Positions 52,201 through 61,200 of a stretch of DNA of 64,000 bases are shown here, piece after piece. Below the pieces are notes generated by a model that worked only from the letters and a program-made list of their open reading frames with translations, did not search any database and had not been told where the DNA came from. The DNA comes from Tubulanus polymorphus (Eukaryota > Animalia > Nemertea). Location of the stretch: the NCBI RefSeq assembly GCF_964204645.1, contig NC_134026.1, forward strand, positions 23,098,150 to 23,162,149, given 5' to 3'. A program made the translations under genes and the position numbers. Numbering within the stretch: the stretch's first letter is position 1; each line of letters begins with the position of its first letter.

Positions 52201-55200
52201 TCACCCCATGCGAAAGCAGCTGGGGGAAAAGTTCTGAAGGTAGAACAGCATGGTCCTCCTGAAAGAGTACCAGTTGTTGATCTTGGAAAAGTTACATGTA
52301 CAGATCCCAAAACGGGAGAAGATATACCATTAGACGTAGCAATCAGCAGAGGTATCATTCACATAAAGCCAAAGGATAAAAATGCCATCATTGATGCTAA
52401 ACGAGGGATGTACATTGACCCTGTATCTGGAAAATCTATACCATTGACTGAAGCAATCAAAAACGGACTCATTATCATAACAACAGATAGGCCTGGGGAA
52501 AAACCACTTGTTCTTACTCCGGATGGGGATTATATTAACTTGGAAACTGGAGAGATAATGCCTTTGGAAGAAGCTGCCAGAAGAGGTATTGTTAATTTGC
52601 TGCCCGTGTTTCCCGAAAGTACTGATGGCAAACAACCTCTTATTGACCTCAGAAAAGGTCTGTACCTTGATCCTGTTACTGGGAAATCGATGTCATTAAC
52701 TGAAGCTGTTCAGACAGGACTTTTACTCGAAGCTGTTGACCCAGACAGAAAAGATAAAACTGATGTATTTGAAACTGTTATTGCTAAAATCAAGGATCCT
52801 GTCACTGGTCAAATGATATCTATCAATGAAGCAGTGGCTAGGGGAATTATTGATCCAGAATCAGGAACCTACGTTGACCCAAAAACTGGTGTAACAATGT
52901 CTTTACAAGATGCAACGAATCGAGGATTCATCGAAACTGATATTGTGCCAATTGATGGGGCCAATAATTGGGTGTTGCATTCTCTCACAAATTCCCTGTC
53001 TGGTGAAGAAATATTTTTTACTGAAAACAATATTAAGGACCTTGTTGATTTTGAGAAGAGAACTGTGACTGACCCTACCACTGGTGAAGAAGTTACCTTT
53101 CAAGCAGCCATTGTTAAAGGAATCCTCAATGCCTCTGTTTTGTCAATGAAGGATGGGTGTCTTACATTGGAAATAGCTAAAGAAAAATCAGAAAGCTTCA
53201 ACATTGATAAAGTATATGACTCCCGAACAGGAAAGTATCTTTCTATTGATGATGCAGTGAGCAAAGGGCTTGTTGATCTAAAAACAGGTGAATATATTGA
53301 TCCAACCACTGGAAAACGGAGTCCTCTTATTGATTGCATCTCAGATGGCCGTCTTCGTGCTAGAAGAATCTCTTCACCTGGATTGCTCGCAGAAGCTATT
53401 AGCCATGTGTGTGCAGATATTGTCAGGCAAGATGGGCAAATACATACAGAATATGCCACAATAATAGCTCCCCTAAAACCACTTTCTATTGAAGAAGCTG
53501 AAGCGCATGGATATTTGGACAAAGGTTTATTCATTCATCCTCTGACTGGTGAAAAGATGAGGATAAAAGAAGCCATTGAAAAAGGGATCCTGAAACCTAT
53601 TGAAGGTGGAATTTCATTCTCTGTTGCCATTCAGCGTGGAGCTATTGATTTGACACAAAACACATTCACTGACCCGAAGACAGGAAAAATGATGAGCATA
53701 TCTGAAGCAATTAATTCAGGTGAACTGAAACTTTCTGAGCCTGGAAAACCAATAAGTAGGGAAGAGGCTAAAGTGCTTGGTTTATTGAATAATGGGAAGT
53801 TCACCGACCCTCTAACTGGTGCCAAACTGTCTGAAGAGGATGCTCTGACGCAGGGACTTCTTGCTCCAACAACAGCAGCACTTAGCTTTAATGAAGCTTT
53901 ACAGAAAGGTTTTGTTGATACATGCGCATTAACTTTTGTTGACCCTTTGACTAGGGAAGAGATTCCTATGGCCTTAGCTATTGCACAGGGGAAAATTAAA
54001 TATACTGATAACGATAAGTCATTGTCTACTGAAGAAGCCCTGCTTCGAGGATTGTTGGATACATCATCTGGAAATTTTACTCATCCTGAAACGAAAGAAA
54101 TAATGCCTGTAGAAGATGCTATTCTAAAAGGTTACTTAGAACCAAAAGCTGAAAAAGACTGTGTGAATTTTGAAACATTATTGGAAAAAGGGTTATACGA
54201 TGTTAAAACTGGTATTGTCATTGATCCTCTATCTGGCCAGAAAATGTCACTTGAAGAAGCTGTTAAGTCAGGAAAAGTTCGTCTTACACGGCCTGGCATT
54301 GCAATGGGCCCTGCTGAAGCTATCGCAAGAGGTCTTCTTGATCCTGACACAAATCAATTTACTGACCCACATACAGCTGAAGTAATGCCATTAGATGAAG
54401 CAATTATGAGAGGTTTCATTAAGCCACCAACTAAAGACCATCAGAGTTCAAGTTTTGATGATGCTTTAAAAAGAGGACTGGTAGATGTTGATAGAGGCGT
54501 TTACTTTGACTCGAGCACTGGAAAAACTACATCACTTGATGAAGCCATTCTTACTGGCAAACTTCATCTTACAAATACAGGTGATGGCATGACTGTGGAA
54601 GAAGCCATGGTTCGAGGCCTCATTGATGATTCAGGAAAGTTATTTATTGACCCAATAACAGGTGAGCAAATGATGATTGATGATGCTTTGATGAAAGGAC
54701 TCGTGAAAACCTCTGTTGGTGGTGGAATGTCATTTGACAATGCTGTTGCTTTAGGGGTGTATGATCCTGTGACGGGAATATACACTGATCCAAAAACTGG
54801 TGAGACCCTCAATTTAGAAGATGCTGTTAAACAAGGTAAATTGTCTCTGGCTAATCTTCATGATGGCTTAACATTTGATGAGGCAATAGCACGCGGTCTT
54901 GTCGATCCCAAGTTAAATGAATTTTACCACCCAGTGACTGGCGAGGTGATGACCATGGATTCAGCAGTCGTGAAAGGTTTATTGATTGAACGACCAGAAG
55001 GAAGTGCTCCCAATTTTGAAGATGCACTCAGTAGGGGCTTGTTAGATACAACAACCGGTGAATTTATTGACCCATATACTGGCGATAGAATGACAATAGA
55101 TGAGGCAGTACATTCCGGCCGACTAATGCTGACCAACTTGTCTCAACCATTAAGTGTCACTGAAGCAAAGGCAAGAGGTTTGATTTCTGAACAAAGTGGT

Positions 55201-58200
55201 GAGTTCATTGATCCAGTTTCTGGGGAGAAATACTCATTACAAGAGGCACTTGTAAAGGGATTGCTTTATGATGGAGATAAATCTAAACAAAAGACACCAA
55301 TTTCAATGGATGAGGCAATAGCAGATGGATTACTTGATACAAACACCAATCAATTTCTGGATCCTGTCACGGGGAGAACAATCCCTCTGCAAGAAGCTAT
55401 AGCAGAAGGGTCTTTAGTCGAAAAAGAACCTGCTATCACATTCAGTGCTGCAATCAACAGAGGGTTAGTTGATATGATAAATAAAACTTTTAAAGATCCA
55501 CTTACTGGTGAAGTCATGCCAATATCAGAAGCGATCAATGCCAATAAATTGAAGTTTAGCGAGCCAGGGCAGGTAATTTCATATGAAGAAGCTGAAGCAA
55601 GTGGCTTACTTGATGAGAAAACTGGTATATTTCATGATCCCCAAACTGGCGAAGAGTTGACAATTAAAGAAGGAATAAGGCGTGGTCTTATGAAATGTAA
55701 ACCAGGGGAGGAAATTCTCTCATTTGATGAGGCTTTGAAGAAAGGCTTAATTGATGTAAAAGATGGGACCTATATTGACCCTATAACAGGAAAGCTACTG
55801 TCCCTCGGAGAAGCAGTGCAAGATGGGAAAATAAGTTTATCAACATCCGGTAAAGCTATGTCAATAGATGAAGCTATGGGCCGTGGTTTGATTAATCCAA
55901 AAACTGGTCTATTTACGCATCCTGATTCTGAAGAGGTGATGTCTGTTGAAGATGCCATCATGAAAGGCTTCATAGAACCATTACCAAATAAAGATACAGT
56001 CAGCTTTGAAAGAGCACTTGAAGAGGGTCTCTATGATGCAGGGTCTGGTATTTATACAGATCCTGCCACAGGACAAAAAATGAATCTAGATGAGGCAGTA
56101 AAAGGTGGACGAGTCAGGCTTACTTCTCTTGGGTGTGGAATGATGATTGAAGAAGCCATAGCTCGAGGTCTCCTTGATCCTGATCATAACAAGTTCATTG
56201 ATCCCTCAACAAATGAAAGCATGTCAGTAGAAGATGCAATTATAAGGGGTTTACTTATTCCAAAACCAGATGAAACTGCTATTCCGTTCCACAAAGCTCT
56301 TGAAATGGGATTGATTGATGTTGCAAAACAAATTTTCCGCGATCCAGTGACTGGCCAAAAGATAACCATTGAGGAGGCAATCCTGACTGGTAAACTCCTA
56401 CTAAGTGGTACTGGTGAGTCAATGTCTGTAGAAGAAGCTGAAATGCGTGGCCTGTTGGATAGTGATAGCCGAGTTTTTATTAGTCCACAAACTGGTGAAG
56501 AAATGCTTGTAAGTGAAGCCATAATGCAGGGATTCTTGAAAATATCTGCTGACTCAGCCAATCACTTTGAAGATGTTCTCAATAAAGGACTTTACGATGT
56601 TGAAACTGACACATTCACTGACCCCGCAACAGGTAAAAAAATGACATTGGAAGATGCTGTGAAATCTGGAAAGATAGAATTAACTGAATCAGGAAAAGGC
56701 TTAACAGTTGAAGAAGCATTCTCGCGCGGTCTCATTAATCCAGAGACAAGTGAGTATACGAATCCAGTAACTGGAGATGTCATGACTGTTGATGAAGCAA
56801 TGATGAAAGGTCTTATAAGAGCAAAGAAAGATACATATTGTGTGAGCTTTACTGAAGCGCTCAGATCTGGACAGTTTGATCCCAATACTAAAGAATTCAC
56901 TGACCCAGCTACTGGAGATCAAATGACATTAGATGAGGCAGTTCGGTCTGGAAGATTGATATTAACTGATCCAAGTGAACCAATGACAGTTCAAGAAGCC
57001 ACAGCGCGCAGATTGATAGATACTGCAATTGGCGAATATACTGATCCAGTTTCTGGTAAACGCATGTCAGTCGAAGAGGCTATTAAAAAGGGCCTTTTGG
57101 TTGCTTTGGGTCCACATGGATCTCAAAAGCCCATTCGACCAATAGACATACCAGGTATTGGTGTGACGGATGCAGAAGGGGCTGCAAAGTCTCTTGCCAC
57201 TATTTACAAGACTCAACCTGGTTATCATCTCAGCCCTGGAGGCATGATCACTGATGATGATAAAGTGTTCCCCATCCAGTCTGCAGTTGACTCTGGTATC
57301 ATCACCTTAGAAGAAACAAATAACTTGAAAGTTCAACCTGACAATAGACGCCATAGTTCAAGAAGAATGTCAGACCAGGTAAGCATACATTTGCTATTTT
57401 TTCAATCTTATTGCATCTTTGACTATCCTGGGATATCCTTACAGCTTTTCATATGGTCACTACTTGTAGACGAGGGTTTTCACATTTTAACCTGTGTGCC
57501 AGAGTTTGATTTATTTTGGAGTCCAGATATTCTACGCAATAAGCGCATGGATTAATACGAATTGATTCAAACGTGGCACAAGTTGAAGTGTAAATTTTCA
57601 TATGCCTCATGAAAGAAAGATGCAGAGGTGCCAACCATTTGTGGGCATCCGACGGTCTCCTAAATATGGTTTCCTTGTCCCTGTTTCCTTAGTTATGTCC
57701 AATTCAGATATTCTCAGGTTGGTAACTCTAGTGTTGAATTTTGTAACTACTTATGTGCAACAGAGAAATACTAGATAGGTTTCACATAATCCAAAGATTA
57801 ATTGTTAATGATATCCAGCCAGGACATTTGACCATAATTATAACCAGGAATTTTATATTTCAATTTGTGCTTACAAGATTCAACAGTTTTCTTTCATGCA
57901 GATATATTCTGTCAAATTGATCCTGTGGATATTTTAGGTCTTTGGTGAGGGTATTTCTCTTTGTCTATGGATAAGTGAACCTTCTTTACAGGGAATTAGG
58001 TTCGATGATGTTGACGTTAGCACATTGCTAATTAGAGACCCAGGAACTGGTGAGCTGATGACATTTGGAGATGCTGCACAGAAAAATGTTATTGACTCCA
58101 CAACTGGAGTGATACAAAATACAAAGAGTGGCAAGTGGATGTCATTTGAGGAGGCTGTTGAAAAAGGCTTAGCAATATTCCCTGCATCATTGCTCCCAAA

Positions 58201-61200
58201 ACGAAAAGAGTCTTATGTAGGTCAAGGCCTTACATTGATGGAAGCTATTAACCGAGGTTTATTTGATATAAATAGGGGAGTATTTACTGACCAAAAAACT
58301 GGGGATGTTCATTCCCTAGATCAAGCTATAGCTAGAGGTCTAATTGATGGAAGGGGGACAGAAATTATTAGCTCAAGTACCAATGAAACATTATCCCTTT
58401 CCGAAGCAATTACACGAGGTCTCATTGACCTAAATTCGGGCAAAATTTTAGACACAAGCACTGGGGAACACGTGCACATATTTGATGCTGTAAAACGTGG
58501 TCTTGTAAAAGAGACAAAGCCAATGTCTATAATGGACTTTCTTGAACAAGGTATCCACCATGAGGAATCAGGATTGTTCATTGACCCACGGTCACAACAG
58601 AAGCTTGAAATTCAAGAGGCCCTAGAAAGAAAAATCTTAGACATCAAAAGAACTAAAATCAAAGACACAAAAACTGGGGAAACAATGACAGTCGATGAGG
58701 CTGCTGAAAAGGGTATAATTGATACAAAAACTGGTATGGTTTTTGATCATACTACAGGTGAATCAATGAAATTTGCTGATGCTATAAAAGCTGGCTGGTT
58801 AAAAATAATATATGCACCTGCAGTTGTTCCAATGTTTTTGAAAGAATTGGTTGAAGAATGTTGGGATCACCGACGCTACAAGCTTGTTGACCCTAAGACT
58901 GGACGTAAAGTTACCTTCCTTCAAGCAATTGATTTAGGTATGATCGACCAAGATCGTGTGACTGTTAAGGATCCTAGCACAGGTGAAAGAATCACTCTTC
59001 GAGAGGCACTCCACCAGGGCATTGTGCACCCTATTACTGGTGTTGTCATTGATCGTAGCACTGGTAAGGATGTTTCTTTCAAAGAAGCTGTTGCAGTTGG
59101 TATTATCATGGCTGCACATCAGACATACCAAGAAGGAGGGGAAACAGATTTTGAGACTATAGCCATTTATAAATCTCGTCAGAAGGGATTGAAAGCAATT
59201 CAGAAAAGGTCTGTTGGTTCTGAGACTCAAATAGTTGATCCTAAGACTGGCCGAGTCATGTCTGTATCTGATACAATTGAGCACGCAGTTATGGAATTTG
59301 ACAGAGATGTAGGTGATCTACCACATGACTGTGTATTTAAAGACACTGTAAAATCGAAGGCCATTGGATCACTTTTTGAGTGTTTTAAAGCAGGTTACTT
59401 CAATCCAAATACAGGCCGATTCACTGACCCAAAAACGGCTGATGAAATTTCATTACAAGTAGCTATCAATCATGACTACCTGAACTTAAATGTCAAAGAG
59501 ATCTGTGATGAACAAACCGGGCGTTTACTCACAATGAGAGAGGCCATACTCATGGGTGTAGTTGATCCAGAAACTGGTCAAATCAAAGGTCGTATTGTAC
59601 CACCGTCTACTGCAAAAGATATTAAATATGCACGTGATGAGGGCAAGGGATTGCGCTTAAGAGCTGACCTTGTTTATAGAGAAGCTCTGAGTTTGCATGA
59701 GGCTATCGACCAAGGGTTAGTTGACCCAAAAACTGGCATGTACATTGATCCTAAGGATGGTACTGAAATTAGTCTTGATGAAGCTTTGAAATTAGGATAT
59801 ATTGATGGAACAAGTACAGAATTAGTTATTCCAGGTACAACAAGTACCATTTCATTAACAGATGCCATTCGAGATGGAATGATAGACCCAGTTACAGGTG
59901 AAATAAAAGGAAGTGCTGGCATTCATATTGATCTAGCTGACGCAATCCGAACAGGAGTTATTAAGCAAGCCCGACGACCATCTCTCATTGAACTATTAGA
60001 ACAAGGTATTATGGATGAATCAACAGGCTTGTTCTTCGATCCAGAAACTTGTAAGAAAGTTGATTTTCTGACCGCTGTTGAAAAAGGAGTGCTTGATACT
60101 AAAGCTATGAAGATACGAAATCCAAAGACAGGACAAATTATGACTGTGCAGGAGGCATGCCGGCTTGGAATCATTGACGCTGAAACGGGGTGTATTCCAG
60201 ATCCCAATACTGGGGAAATGGTTCCATTTTCAGATGCTGTCAAAAGAGGACTTTTGACTGTGTTAACAGCACCGGCTGTGGCACCTATGTTTTTGAAGCA
60301 ACTAGTTGAAGAAAATTGGGACCCTTCCCGCAACAAATTCTGCGACAAGAGAACTGGCAGAAAGATGACATTGTTACAAGCTATCGACCTGAAGATCATT
60401 CCACAATTCAAAGTTACTGTAAAAGATCCAGCAACTGGAGATCGCGTTTCTTTACGTGAAGCATTACAGAATGAAATTGTCCATCCTATTTCAGGAACCG
60501 TTATCGATCAAAGTACTGGTCGAACTATATCATTCAAGGAAGCTGTTGCAATTGGTGTTATAATGGCTGCAGATCAATCCTACAAGGAGAATGATGATGG
60601 CATAGAAAATGTTGATGCGCTTGCTGAAACCAAAGACATTGGGCTCATTACAATACGGAAGCAAATGGTGGAAGCAAGTGGATGCGTATTTGACCCAAGA
60701 TCAGGTCAAATGATTACCCTTACAGACACTGTTAAGCACACAGTTCGTGAAACTACTGTTCAGATGTCCCCAAAATCAAAACGAAAGTTTGGAGCTCCCT
60801 TGTCACTTTTTGAACTGGTAAGGTCTGGATCCTATGATCCAAAATCTGGAAAAATAATTGATCCCTTTACTGGAGAATCAATCACAATTCAGGAGGCAAT
60901 TGATAAAGGACTTCTGGATGGTAAAGCTCGAGAAGTGTTTATTCCTGGTCGAAAAGAAAAATTCACACTTAGAGAAGCAATTGATCTCCATCTTCTTGAT
61001 CCAGATTCTGGCACAATTACAGATGATGAAGATGGTGGCAAGGACATCAATTTGGAACAAGCCATGAATCGTGGCATGATCATTGAAGCTATTGAAAAAG
61101 TATCAATGAATGGCACTACATCTCTCAAGGACCAAGATACTCCAATGGAAGTTGACGAAATTCCAATAGATGGTTCTAAACAAACCTCCGGTGCTAACAA

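Noticed and set aside
44701-57555. The 4284-aa ORF as a stand-alone gene (for example a bacterial-type giant repeat protein)
   Set aside because: The frame stays open upstream to a splice acceptor at 44604 and is in phase with the plakin exons; it is an internal exon.
57379-57555. Hydrophobic C-terminal tail (VSIHLLFF...KRMD) as a membrane anchor of a short isoform
   Set aside because: It begins at a strong CAG|GTAAGC donor, has intron-like T-rich composition, and I saw no clear poly(A) signal nearby; most likely intron read-through, though not strictly excluded.
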